Below, piece after piece: positions 46,021 to 62,191 of a stretch of DNA of 64,000 nt. Position numbers and translations under genes: made by a program. Under the pieces are notes generated by a model. That model worked only from the letters and a program-made list of their open reading frames with translations. It ran no database searches and was not told the origin of the DNA. The stretch is from the human T2T-CHM13v2.0 reference genome, Homo sapiens. Every line of letters begins with the position of its first letter. Position 1 is the first letter of the stretch. The DNA lies in the NCBI RefSeq assembly GCF_009914755.1, contig NC_060936.1; one strand, written 5' to 3'.

Positions 46021-47125
46021 GGCTGAGGAGTAACTCCTTCAGAAAAGGAAGGGCAGGGAGCCCTTACACCCCATTTTTTCCAAAGTCACACCCAGAGACT
46101 GACAGCAGACAGATAGTTTCCCATAGCTTCCAACATCCCTGTCTGGAGACCAAAAATAAATGCCTCACCAAGATGTTTTGATTACTTGAATCACACACTG
46201 TCACAATCAAAGAACCCAAACGTCTATATTTTTGCTGAAACAGGCGGCTTAGAGCTTTCTGTGTCCCCAACACATATTTTGGTTATTTTTCTAACTCTGC
46301 TCTTCCCCTGAGTCCTTTCTTGAGTCCTTCTCCATATTAAAAGTGGTGCTAGCAATGCGGAGACCATGGACTGAATAGTATGCCGAAATTAGCTTGATGA
46401 AAACCTCTAATTAAAGGGGAATCATTTTTTATTCAAACAAACCCTGTGCTTCACAGGATTAAATATCTTATATTTAAGTCAATGATAATTGTGAATTACG
46501 GATCCTTTGCAAGAAACAATGCAAAATTGGCTACTGGGCCTGTTTCCAAAGTTAGGGTAAATTTATGACAAACTTGATATTGACCAATAATATTTTAACA
46601 GATTTTAAAATTACTAGCATTGCTGCTTACAAGGAATTTATTAGATGAGATGAAGTAAAATATATTGAAATAGATATCTTTTTGAAATATTAGTAGACCG
46701 TATACTAAATCACAGCAAATATAAAACTTCTCCTTTATGTGTATTCCTACTCGAAATTATAAACAGTGCTTTTAAGTTTTCATGCCAAGAAGTACCCAAA
46801 GTTAAAAGAATATCCCCACAAATAGAGGTTTCCATGGAGGGATTAAAATTAGGGATTTATAATTTAGAGATTTCATAAATTATATTCACAATTTTCATCC
46901 CTAAAGTACTGAGCACATGATTATTTGCTATATTATGCTTTATACCTGCAACAACATATTGCAAGAGAATTCTTTTTGTCTTAACGAAGGATAATTGCCT
47001 GGAGTTCACAAGTTCTACAATGAGGTGCGGACCACAGTGGGAAAAGGGCACCTGGAGATATTGAGGTAGATGTTGCAAGCAATATAATTGCCTCATCCCC
47101 ATAATTGTCCAGATATTAATTCTCA

Positions 47126-47946
47126 TGCTATGGTTTGGATATGTTCCCCAAAGATTATGTGTTAGAAACTTAACCCCGAATGCAGCAGTATTGAGAGGTG
47201 GGGCCTATAAAAAATGATTAGGTCATGAAGGCTCTGCCCTCATGAATACATTAATGCCATTATTATGAGGGTGGGTTTCTTATAAAATGAAAAGTTCGGC
47301 CAAATTTCCTTTCTCTCTCACCCATGTGATGCTTTCCGCCATCTTATGACGGAGCAAAAAGGTCGTCACCAGATACGATTCCTCAATCCTGGACTTTCTA
47401 GCCTCTGGAATTGTGAGACAAATACATTTCTGTTCATTATAAATGACCCAGACTGTGGTATTCCTTATAGCAACACAAAACAGACTAAGACACCCCAGAA
47501 CCAGTAAATATGATAGGTTACATGGCAAGGGGAAATTTAGGTAGCCAATAGAATTAACGTTGCTAAGAAGCTGATCTTGAGATGGGAAGATTAGCCTGGG
47601 TTATATGAATGAGCTCAATGCTATTACCAGGGTTCTTAGAAATGACACAGGAGGCAGAAGATGGAGACTGTTAGGTTGGAGTTACATAGCATGAGAAAGT
47701 CTTAACCAGCCATTGCTGGCCTTGGAGATTAAAGACGGCCACAAGGTGAGCAACTGGAAAGCCTCTAGAGTTTGCAAAAGATGAGAAAATGGGTTCTACC
47801 CTAGGGGATCTAGGAAGGGACCCTTAATTCTAGCCCAGAGACACCCATTTCAGACTTCTCTCTTTCCAAAATAGAAAATAAACTTGTACTGTTTTAAGCC
47901 ACTAAGTTTGTGATAATTTGTTACAGAAGCAATAGTAAACTAACAT
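47126..47946 (+). mobile_element. MSTC/D-like LTR (47126-47492) followed by an MLT1D-like LTR
   Basis: tgctatggtttgg...cagactaagaca; gttttaagccactaagtttgtg...aaactaaca. Confidence 0.78.
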
Positions 47947-47959
47947 GGTATAAAAGTGT

Positions 47960-50900
47960 TGACACTTGGGTGAGGGGCCCAAGAAGCAGCACAGTCTAGG
48001 AAGCCTCTTTGTCCTTGTGGGCTGGAGACTCCTTTCTTCTGCCCAGAGACATTAGGCTAATTGAAGGACTCTGGTAAGGGGATCCCACCGCCAAACCCCC
48101 TCCCTTCTGAAAGACACCTACCAGTCTGGCCTGGAGAAATCCCTTTTAGCCCCTTAGGCAAAGCCAGCAGGGATCCATGAGAGCTCTAGTGCCACTAGAT
48201 AAACCAAGCAGACCAAAATAATATCACAAGGGCTCTGAAAATTAAGCTCTCTTTGGAACCATAGTCCACAAAACTGACCAAGACCCACATGCTAAACATC
48301 AACAGGGTAACTGCCTAGTTAAAAAAAAAAACTGAATGAAAGCAAGTTTTCACACTTCAGCTGTTGTGATAAAATGTTGACACCAGTAGATTGCAATGCA
48401 TCACACAAGTATATTGCGACACACCCGGAACAACCACAACCAAACATACACAAAAATATGTGCTGTAAAACACTAAATAAATCAGAATGGAATCCTAACA
48501 AAGTTCAAATAACCTGCGGCATTGTAAGAGAAGAAAAATAGGAATGAGAATCATAAAAGTAGTCTCCTAAGATAATTGACAAATTTTAGAGAATAAGATA
48601 GAAATTACCATATCAGGATGCCAAAAAATCACAGCTTGAATGAAAAAAAAATCAACTGATGCCAATGCTAAGATGAATAAGATATTGGAATTATCTAAAA
48701 GAAACTTAAAGCGGGCATCAGAAAATGGTGTCTCAACAATCAATTACAAAATCTTTCTAAACAAAAGAAAATATAAAATCTCAGTGAAATAGTAAATGCT
48801 ATTTAAAAAACCAAGTGGAAATTTTATAACTAAAAAATACAGTAACAACGTGAGCTCAATAATAGAATGGAGATAACAGAGGACAGAAGCACTGAATTTA
48901 AGTAAAGAAAAAGAAAATTTACCCAGTTTGAATAGCAGAGAGGGAATAGACTGAAATAAATAAATAAATAGAGCTTCAGTGACTTGTGAGACAATACGAA
49001 AAGACTCAATGTTTGTATCATTGCATTTCCAAAAGGAGAGGAGTAAGAAAGCAGCTGAAAGATTGTTTTAAGAAAGAATAGCTTAAAACATCCTAAATTT
49101 GGTGAAAGATACAAACCTACATATCCCAGAAGCTGAGAAAACTCCAAACAGGACACGTGCAAAAAATGCATGCCAGATTGTTTCATAATTAAACTTCTGA
49201 AAAGTGACCAAAAAGTAAAAAATGTGAAAGCACCAAAGCGAAATGATAAATTGTCTTTAGGGAAACACAATTTAAAGAACAGTGGATTTCTCCTCTGAAC
49301 CACAGAAGATAGGAAGAAGTGATATAATATTTTCAAGTGCTGAAAGAAAAGAACCATGAATTCTGTATCTGGTGAAACTATTCATCAGAAATAAAGGAAA
49401 ACTAAAAGAATTTGCTGTAGACCTACCATTAAAAATTGTTAAAATAAGAAACAGAAAGAAAATGAAAGAGCTTAGATGCATCAGGAATTACGAAGGACAA
49501 ATAAAAAGAACAGAAATGATATGTCCAATGGACTACTTTTTGCTTCATGAGTTTTGAAAATCATATTTGATTATTGAAACAAAAAGTACCATCTAAAACT
49601 CAAGACAATTGACAATTAAAAGCAGGAAAGCAAAAATAACCTAAATGGCAGTGAAGTTTTCACACTTTACTTGTGGTAAAATGTTGACACTAGTGATTGT
49701 AATACATCATATAAGCATATTTGGGACACATCCAGAGCAACCACTACCAAACCTACACAAAAATATACACTCTAAAATGCCATAAACCAATCAAAATGAA
49801 TCCTAAATAAAGTTCAAATAACCTGCAGGAATGTAAGAGAAGAGAAACAGGAATGGAAAACCATAGAAAGGAAATTGTAAAGTGACAGATTTAAAAACAA
49901 AAAAATCTATATTTACCTTATATGAATATATAAATAATGTAAATACACCAATCAAAAGACAGAGATTAGCAGAGAGGATAAAAATAGTGTGATTCTACTG
50001 TATGTTACTTAAAAGAGACTCACTTCAAATTCAATGACATCAGTAGGTTGAATGCAAAAGGATGGAAAAAGATATGAAATGCCATCATTAAAAAAATGAG
50101 CTGGAGTAGCTGTATTAGTATATGGTAAAGTAGACATCAGAGCAAAGCAAATTACTAAAGAGAAATGAGAACACTGCATAATGATAAAAGGATAAATCAA
50201 CCAGAAAGACAATAATCCTTTATATGTGCACACCAAACACCAGAGCCTCAAAATGCATGGAAAAAAACTAATAGAGCTGAAAAGGAGAAACAGAAAATCC
50301 ACAGTTAAAGCTGGAGACATCAATAAACTCAGCAACCGATAGAACAACTACTCAGAAAATTAACAAGGATATAGAAAATGTGAACAACAAAATCAATTGA
50401 CAGGATCTAATTGACATTCATTCCAACAACAGAGGAATGCTCATTTTTTTTAAGTACCCATGCAATATTCAACCAAGGTAGACCATATTAAGGACCATAA
50501 AATTAAGCTCAACAAATCTAGAAAAATTAAGATCATGCAGAATGTGTTTTCTCACTATAATAAAATCAAAGTAGAAATTAATAACAGAAAGACAACAGGA
50601 CACCCCCCCAAATATGTGGAAATTAAACCACATGCTTATGAACAATTTATGTGTAAAAAAGGAGGTCTTGAAGGCACTAAAGTACATAACACTGAATGAA
50701 AATGAAAACACCATATATCAAAATGTATGGGATGCAACTAAGTGGTGCTAAGATGAAACTTTACAGCACTAAATCTTTTTATTAGAAACAAAGAAACAAA
50801 GATCTCAAATCAACAACCTAAGTTTCTACCTGAAGATACCAGAAAATAAGGAGAAAAATAAAACCAAAACAAGTAAAAGTGGGAAATGATGAAAATATGG

Positions 50901-51300
50901 GTAGGAAACAATCAAATTGGAGATAGAGGCTAGGCCCGGTGGCTCACACCTGTAATCCCAACACTTTGGGAGGCTGTAGCAGGTGGATCTGTTGAGGTCA
51001 GGCGTTCGAGACCAGCCTGGCCAATGTGGTGAAACCCCCATCTCTACTAAAAATACAAAAATTAGCTGAGTTTTTTGGCACACACCTGTAATCCCAGCTA
51101 CTCAAGAGGCTGAGGCACAAGAATCACTTGAACCCAGAAGGCAGAGGTTGCCGTGAGCCAAGATCACGTCACTGCATACTAGCCTGGGTGGCAGAGTGAG
51201 TGAGACTCCATTTCAAAAAAGAAAAATAACAATAACAACAAAACCCCCAAATTGAAGGTACGAAACTAATACAGAAAATCAATAAAATAAAAGTTGATTC
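47960..51300 (+). mobile_element. Old L1M (5' region, ORF1 and start of ORF2, decayed) with an AluS at about 50928-51245
   Basis: A-rich L1 text; endonuclease-like remnant KVDHIKDHKIKLNK...FSHYNKIKVEINN. Confidence 0.8.
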
Positions 51301-51601
51301 TTAATCAAGGAACATTACTTGTGTGACCTTAAACAGATCAGGATCTCAGAAAAAGTAGACCCTTTCAGCTTTTGGAGTGTTTGAAACAGTTCCAAATTTT
51401 AGAGTTTTTGCATAATACCAAGCCTATTACTACAGAGAAAAAAGTAATTTAAAAATTATTCATAATTAAAACTTTCACGTTAGTGACATTTTTCAAATTT
51501 GACATGTCACTTTTATAACGTATTTAACATCAGAAAAGATTTTAGGCATTGCCATATGGGAATTAGGTAATGCTGAAATGGAAATAAAATATTGTGTTCT
51601 C

Positions 51602-51950
<349 letters not shown>

Positions 51951-52879
51951 CTAGCTTGCATCATAAGTAAGATTCACAGTATTTTAAATTCTCTGGAGGC
52001 ATTTTTCTCATCTTTGAACTAACTCTTTAGACAGTTACATCAACTGTGTTCAATTTTTTCTATGAAAATAAAAGCAGAACTGCCTATCACACTTCAGGGA
52101 TGGCCAAGAAACACGGAAGGCCTGGCTGGCTAACAAATTGAGACTCTAAGTCAATATTCTAAAAAATATAATTCAACATTAATTTAGAGGAAAGGAAGAA
52201 GTGTGTAAGAAAAAAGAGGACAAAAATAAACATTATTCAGTCTTAGTCTTATTATAAGCAGCTCAACAATGGCCCTCGTTTGCATACTTCATTCAACAAC
52301 ACAACAAGAGCAACAAACAAATGCACTAAGATGTTAATCAGGAACATCCTCCTTAGCAGATCTACTCCTCTACACAGTAAAGATTTAGCAAAGATTCTTC
52401 TCTCTCCATATGACCCCACAAGTGTTGACTTTTGAATGGTTGTCCATCTTGATCACGTCTTCATCTGGATCTGGAAAAAGTTGGTTATGTATAAAAACCG
52501 AAAGAAAGATGGGACTGATAGTATCAAGATTTGGACTTGGGAGAGACTTGGAGGCACTCTTTTCGGTGTAATTTGCATATGGTAGGAAGTGAATGTTTTC
52601 TTCCAAGGGAAGGCCAATATATTTATTAAACTTACACCCATCTCCTCTTAATTTACATTGACTGCTCTGTAATTTATCAAATATCCACATGTATTTAGTT
52701 TAGTTTCTTGGTATCCCAATTTATTCCACTGGTCTATTTTGTCAGCCTGGAGTTTTGGCCTGCCCAAGTAGATCCCTGTGTCCAGTCCTGGTCCCAGGCA
52801 ACTATTGTTTTCTTCTAACATGCATTGCACATTGGAACCTCTGCTAAGTATTTTGCAGTATACCCAGCATTGAGGCCAT

Positions 52880-53100
52880 GCCATGAAGGTGGCTGGAAGT
52901 GTGGGCTTGGTAACTTTGCCACTTATCAGCTAAGTGTTTTGGGAAAATTACCTACCCTCTAAGCATCCTTTTCTTCATGTGTAAATTAGTGTACAGATAG
53001 TGCCCACTCACCTGTTTTCTGTAAGATTAAAATTAGAAAAGTATATCTAAGTCCTCAGCCCATTAATTGTAACATAAAAAGTGCTTAATCAGTGACATTA
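52880..53100 (+). mobile_element. MIR
   Basis: tgccacttatcagc...ttttcttcatgtgtaaa. Confidence 0.55.
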
Positions 53101-54081
53101 TTTACATTAGCCATTGCACTATAAATTATAGTACCTGGAACACAATAGCTTTATAATGATTACAATAGTTAGTGTAAGTAAAACACCTAGTACAAAGTAA
53201 TGCCTTCCACATATTATATGGCTAATAAATGTTAATTGCTTCCCTAATACCTCTCCACTTATTTCGTTCCCTAATGCATCTCCTTCTCTGCACACGCATT
53301 TGGTATCATTAGGATCGAATTTGGGGAGAAATGTGTAAAAATACTATGAAACAGCGCAGGAATATATTTTTAAAAACTCTTTAATGGCCATCTTTCCAAA
53401 GCGTCAATAAATAACATATCCTGGGGTAGGTGTTTAGGGTCTTATTTTATTTTTAAGCATTTTCTGCCATGGACAAATTGTTGAACACGGAGATTTAGAA
53501 TAAGTCAGCGTGTTGCAGTGTTCTACATGTGTGAAAATATAAAAAAAAATTAACAGAGAACTTCTATTTAGATACAAGTAGTGACTTTTCTCTAGTAATT
53601 TTCCCTTTATTTCACTCCATCCAGATCCCTTTTTTAAAATCTCTGTCTGAATTAAGCATCTGCTACTAATTATGACAGCATTTCAAATCAGAAGGAGTGA
53701 AAAAATACTACAAAAAGGGAAAGATCTATTTTTGAAAAAAAATAATTCTTTTTTATTCTGCAACTAGGGCTCCATTTTAATGCTCCAGAAATTCCGCAAG
53801 CATTAAGTAAAACTGAAAAAGGAGGGTGTGAGTTGGGAATGACTGCTTGGCTTCGTGCTAAGAAAGGGATGTGTGTGTGGCCATGATGAATGTGCTGCTA
53901 TATGTACTTAGGCTGGTCTCAATTACATGAATGTTTGTCTCTATATGGAAACACCAACAAGGTGATACAATGAAGAATGTTTGCAGAGTACACAATTCTG
54001 ATGGGCTGTGCAAATCCCTACATATATGAAAACATCCATGTCACACTGGCTGCATATATTCTGCGTGCACATAAGACTTTA

Positions 54082-54159
54082 CATCTTACATATATACAAA
54101 CATACATAGCACACTAACTGCATCTTACATATATGCAAACATACATAGCACACTAACTA
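54082..54159. repeat. Tandem duplication, 2 x 39 bp
   Basis: catcttacatatat(a/g)caaacatacatagcacactaact occurs twice. Confidence 0.92.
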
Positions 54160-55080
54160 CACATGTTCTATGTCTGTATAAAATATTATATATCTTGTCT
54201 ATGTACAAGCTTCAATTTACACTAACTGCATATATATGTTTATAAAGTTGTACATATCAAATGTACAAAATACCAATATAACACTATCTCCATATAATAT
54301 GAATGTATATAAAATCATTGTACATTTATACAACCCTATACTAAAGGGTTGTATAAGTCCCTTTAATAAATTAGATCACCCAACTGAAAGAATAAATGCA
54401 ACTGTTTTGAAAGTGGTTTGGGGGTTTATAGTCCCTACTGAAACCCAAGTGCCACTTCTAGTATTACTGTCTTCTCTGCCATGTATAGCCTGAGATTAAG
54501 ACATGCATTGATTATAAGACCAGTTAGTCAAGGACTAAATATAATAGCAACCGAACTCCTTGATTTTATCTAAAGCTTATGTGTTTTATATGCATTCTAT
54601 GAAAGCCTGTGACCTCTGGGTTCTTAAAATTCCTCCAATCTTATGTAGCAGGAGGTGTATTGCAAGACTAGATTTTGAACTTTTGTAGTAAAAATCCTTA
54701 ACGAATTCAGACAAGCATGTGTTGCGCAGTACACTTTAGTGGCAAAATGCTCACTATCTCTGCTTATCAGGTTTAATCAGACTTATAATGATTAAATTAT
54801 TATTAATGATTATTGTGAAGTTGTTATTATTAATTGACTCCATTAAGTCTGCCATAGTCTTGACTAAATATCTCTAATATATGTATATGTCTATGTGTGG
54901 GTATATTAGTACATTTTGCATGTTTAAATTTGCTAAAGCTTGCTAATGCTTATTCTGCATTTTTATTTTTTAAGTTTCTTAATGGGGTAAGTACCAGAAC
55001 ACCATATCAAAACAGTTTACACCTAAAAAAGGAATTTACTAGCCCATGTAGTCAGGAATTTAAGGCTTGGCTGGATCTAG

Positions 55081-55441
<361 letters not shown>

Positions 55442-55729
55442 TGCTGTTGACATTTATCTCAGGCAGCTTCTCTCCACGAGCTGAAAAGATACTCCCCAGC
55501 AGTTCCAGGCTTGTGTCTCCCTTATAAGTAGCAGTCTCAGAGTAAATAGAGTGATGTTCTGTCCCCGAGTAGCAGGTCAATCCTTGCAATAGAAACTATC
55601 TGGAGCTGCAAACTTATATTCCAACTCCAGCTGAGTGCTTGTTTCTAAGGGCTGGGGAAACATAACTGGCCAGGCTGAATTATAGCTTACATGCTAGACA
55701 TGGACTTGCATGGTATAGATAAGTAGTTA

Positions 55730-56290
55730 TAGATAAATAGTTATGTTCAGATCTAGAGTTGGATGCCTGTTCTCAAATCCCTACTCAGCCGCTTAATAAC
55801 TATGTAAATTTCAGCAAGTCTTATGACCTTCTCTGTGAGTTTCCTTACCTGTAAAATAAATACAATCATACCTAATATATAGGGTTGTTCTGAGGATTAA
55901 ATGAATTATTGTCTGTAGAGGATTCAAAACAGTGACTAGCATGTAGTAGGCACTACATACTACATACGTGTTACTGATTAATGAAGCTGCAGATTTGAAA
56001 ACCCCAACAGGAGCCCATGGAATTGAATAGAGGAAGTTCTTAAAAGGAAAAGATACAGGGTGCACACACACATGTACAAGGGATTGTTGACCGCTCCTTA
56101 ATTTTGCTTATTGCTGATTTAATTAGCATAGCAGCTATACGAAGAAGATGCTGTTATTATGTCTATTTTAGAGACGAGAAAGCTGAGGCTTAGGAAGTTT
56201 AAGCAAATTGACCAAAGTCACCTCGTTACCAAGTGGCAAGGCAGGTACCTGAATCCAGATCTGCCGTAAACCAAGTCCGTGCTCCAAATC
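55730..56290. mobile_element. Two MIRs, about 55730-55985 (+) and 56150-56290 (-)
   Basis: agtttccttacctgtaaaat...gaggattaaatga; gagaaagctgaggcttagg. Confidence 0.7.
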
Positions 56291-56719
56291 CCACTTCAAA
56301 CTGCTCATCCCTGCTTACACCCATGCCTCAGAGGGCTTTTATGTGGATTTATAAAGAAAAACCTCAATTAAAATGACAAACTGAAAACAAGCACCTCCCC
56401 TGTCCTTATTGGTGCCATATTAATAGGATAAGTATCTCCATGAGCAAAGCTAGTTATCTTGGCTCCACAGAGCCCAGGAGCAGCACAGACCCTCAAAGGG
56501 TACACAGCCCTGGGGTCACTGTCAGCACAAACTCTGTCATTATTTCTCCTTTGGGAAAACCAAGCTTCATAGCACCAGTGGAGAAACCAATGAGGATCCA
56601 AAATGACAGTTGGTAACTTTTTATATGGTCCACCCGTTCTACAGTCCAATACAAGAATGTGCAGAGAACATGAAAACTATGAATTCTAAGGAATATCTTA
56701 AACACAAATTTTCACATTA

Positions 56720-57458
<739 letters not shown>

Positions 57459-58421
57459 TAAGTGAGAGTACTTCTAAAGTGAGATGAAATAGTAGACACT
57501 GGATAAAAATTAGCTTATATTATGAAAAACATACCTAAGACGTATGCTTTCAAATACACTGCTAAAAATAAATTTCTGGAACAACAGAAAAAGGAGAATC
57601 AGATGCTGAATTAAAGAAAATCTTAATACCTTCAGTCCTTGTCTTAATGAAGCTATGCAGTTGGCTTATTCAAGAATGACTCCACACATGAAATTAGAGA
57701 TAGTAAATGACGCCATGAACTGTTTTATTTACATGAAATGTGGGTTTATTGTCATCCAGATTGGTGTAATTTTTTTTTAAGTGTTAGAAACGGTTTGGGG
57801 AAATTTGCTTTTCTTTAAGTCCAAGAGTTAAAGACCCAATGTCAAATAGTGGGTCTTCTTTCCCCCAAATTAGTAATGTTCTTGATGGTGTCTATTCTGT
57901 TCATTATTTTGGCCATTTCCTTGTCCTGTAGTCAGACATTCATTACTGTACTAGAAACGGTTGCAAACTTCCTTTTACAAAGGACAAGCTGAGGAAGATG
58001 TCCATTAACATCAGAGGTCCCAAGAGCATGACTCTTCGAGACCTCCTCTACCTCTCTTTCTGTCTCCTTAAATACAGAATTATAGGAGGAACATCTGTCA
58101 TTCTGAATGAACAAATTCTAACAGAAATTCCTGATATATTATTATGGTTATTATTTTCTATTTTGCTTCCCAGAAACCAACATTTTAGCTTAACACAAAC
58201 CGGCAACAGAATAGGTATAAAGATCTATTTATATGGGATTTTGTCTCATCTGTCTTAATAAATATATTGGGGCTTATAGCCTGTGAAGCTGCAAACCTTG
58301 GTCATTTTAGACCTTTCCCTCTTCCTCATGGTTTGAAAAAATTTTCTTCAGCTCAAATCCCAGAAAACAAAAAGTTCTTGATGTCAAGACAATTGAGAGA
58401 TGGTGCTCTCAAAGCGGTAAT

Positions 58422-58424
<3 letters not shown>

Positions 58425-58466
<42 letters not shown>
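58425..58466. repeat. (TG)n microsatellite
   Basis: Direct reading. Confidence 0.97.
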
Positions 58467-58468
<2 letters not shown>

Positions 58469-59349
58469 CTTCTCACCTGAAAAAAAAAGAACTAACATTT
58501 TTCCTCTCACTTGAATCAGAAGCAAACATATGTGGGTCACAGCATCTCTTTCACATATGAGTAAAGTTGCCTCTTCATATGAGGGAGAGTTGAAACCAAC
58601 CATGTGCCCTTGGGCAAAGCAAGAACAAGGACTCCTGTGGCTCTCCACTACTCTTATTTCTGCCACCTGGACCTTTGACAAGATGTGGCCAACTCTCTGG
58701 GCCTTAATATCTCCAGTTACAAAAGAGATACAATAATAATGCTGCCTGAGTAGGATGCACTGTGAGGATGCCCAGGAGACGGGAAGGAGATTTACTGCTG
58801 GTGATATCCTTTGACCTTGAAATCACTGCTTCCTGCTCAGGAATTTAAGTCTGTCTTCTGCAGTGAAGGAGGCACGAATCATCTTCTAAGCCAGACCTTT
58901 TGCTAGTGAGAAGGAAATATTGGCTTTCCCAGAAATGTTACCTTCCCTGCTTCCAAAATCTAATATTTCCCTGAGGCTCTACCATATAAAGAGTTCTGGT
59001 TGGAAAATCTGAGTTTCAATACTAATGTTACCATCAGCCTTCTGTGTGATTCATCTTCAGTAACTTCTAACCTCAATTGTTTTCACAAGGGATTATTAAT
59101 ATGTTCTTCATCTAGTGTGGAAATAGATAATCAGTTTTTGTTTATTTGAATCCCTGGAAGCATTAAGCATTCATTAAGAAATGAGCATGTGAGGACATTT
59201 TATAAAACGATTGTGAAAGTTCTAATCTATCTCCAGGGACAGTCTTCTCTAATTTTCTTCTCTTTCTTTCTTTTCTTTTTTTCTTTTCTTTTTTTTTTAA
59301 GGAAGTCAGTATCCGAGAGAAGGCAAATGCCTTCCCTGAGTACAGACCT

Positions 59350-59746
59350 CCCACCCCTGAAGTCTTAACCCCTAGTACCCCTTAATTGAAAATAGGGTTG
59401 TTGCAGATGTAGTTAGCTAAGATGGGGTCATATTGGAGTACGGCGGACCCCTAATCAAATATGACTGGTGACCTTGTCACAAAGAAAATTTGGACACAGG
59501 GACAGGCATGTATGCAGGAAGAATGCCAGGTGAAGGCTGGAGTTATGCTGCTGCAAACTAAGGAGTACCTAGAATTGGGAGATAGGCCTGGGACAGACCC
59601 TTCCCTGGAAACTTCAGAGGGAACGTGGCCCTGCCTGTGCCTTAATAGCAGACTCCTAAACTCCAGAAGTGTGAGACATACATTTCTGTAGTATTAAGCC
59701 ACCCAGTTTGTGGTGCTTTTTATGGAAGCCCCAGGAAATGAATACA
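59350..59746 (+). mobile_element. MLT1B/C-like LTR
   Basis: ccctaatcaaatatgactggtg...ttaagccacccagtttgtgg...gaataca. Confidence 0.8.
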
Positions 59747-59889
59747 GCTGGTCTAGTCAATGATCACACGCTTCCTGGCCCATCTGCCTGCTTTCATTTG
59801 TGACCAAGAATTCTTTCCAACACACTTCTCTAGGGAACCAATTTGAGCTGACCTGTGAGAGATCAATCTGCCGCAGTCTTTGCATCGGG

Positions 59890-60130
59890 GAGCTGTATTA
59901 TATAAGAGCATGGACTTTGGAGTGGAGGAACTTGGATTTGGGCTGTGGTCACTACTTACCATTATCACATGACTTGGAGAAAATAATTGATCATCTCCAA
60001 GCCTCAGTTTCCTCTTCTGAAAAATGGGAGTAATAGACCTACCTCATTGGATTGTTGTAAGCATTGAATGGAATGATGCTGAGAAGCACTAGGGCAGAGG
60101 GCCTGGTTCAAGTAAAAAGCAGCTGTTATG
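59890..60130 (+). mobile_element. MIR
   Basis: gcctcagtttcctcttctgaaaaatggg. Confidence 0.7.
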
Positions 60131-60781
60131 ATTACACTTTAAGCTCCTTGAGATCTGAAGAGTATTACTTTTTTTCTTCACTATTACCCATTGGAATAAT
60201 TAGGACACTTGTTTGTTCCCTCTCCAGTAAAACTGAGTTGGTTTGGCAGCTGCCATTAATCATCAACTAAGTGGCCTCATTAATCCAAAGTCACAAGGGA
60301 CCCGGACTCTTTCTCTTTTGTTGCTTGGCCATTCCTGGGATGTTATCCACTTGGTCCCAGGTGGTTCAACACATCCCAGTACAACCAGCAGGAAGGAGAT
60401 AAGGGGAAACAGAATCGTGCCTTGGAAAAGGCCCATGATTCCATTGGCCTGGGCACAGTAACGTTGCTACATCTTCCTACAAGGGGTGCTGGAAAGTGTG
60501 GCCATGATCCTGAGAAGCTGGTGAAAAGTGGGTATTCTATTACTCACTGAAAGAAGAGGAGGATGGGTTTGAGGGCAACTGCTTGTCTCCATCCCAACTA
60601 TACATCAGCACATAGATGGCAGTCAAACAATATATGGTTAATGCATTATTATATTTGTTACTATTTTGATGATGAATATCTGACATCAAAGAATGTCTCT
60701 TGTCTTAAACAACTAGAGAACAATTTTTATTCCATCAATTAAAGATCGTCTAGGACCAGCTGATTATTTTAAAAAAGTTAA

Positions 60782-61170
<389 letters not shown>

Positions 61171-61773
61171 AGAGTAACATTTTTGATAAGCTGCATGGTG
61201 CTAAAGGAAAAAGAAAGTTGGAAGTATTTGGGCATTTTTAGCTTTGGGTGAGCTGGTGAATTTAATTTCCCGATTTGTTGCTGAGAAACACAGTTTTTCT
61301 GTATGGGTAATTACAAAGTTGTATTGTTAAATTGCATTCAGAGTTGACAATAGTTAAACAACAACAACACTTTAACACAATAGTTAAAGAATAACAACAC
61401 AAAGAGCCTATAGCAGCAGAGATGGAGAGAGGGGGAAAAATTCTCTGCTGCTCTTGGAGGGTGGATCTAAGTGTTATGAATCTTGGAGACATATTACAAC
61501 ACAGTCAACAGTCAAAATATTGGTATGGGGATATTTTAAAAGATGGCAGTGGGCTGCAGCAAGGAACCCCATACTGAAAGGGGCTGTGCTATTCTGCATG
61601 GAACAGAAGCTCAGGGGTCATGAGGACTCAGAAACATCTAGCGGGAAAGATGGGACTCGTCTGTACCAAGGAAATTTTGCTTGGGTAGATTCAGCAGATA
61701 TAGCAGCTTCTCCAGAGGAGGGTCTTGGGAGGACCCGTGGATGTATATGTATAAGAAAAAGGGTCAAATTTTA

Positions 61774-62121
<348 letters not shown>

Positions 62122-62191
62122 TTAATACTAATAAAAGAAGAATAGGTTTGCTTGATTTACATGCCACCCTTGGGATCAAAAACCTTAGCTA

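Noticed and set aside
48830-49357. 175-aa hydrophobic ORF resembling a membrane protein
   Set aside because: Antisense reading of A-rich L1 sequence yields F/L-rich peptides.
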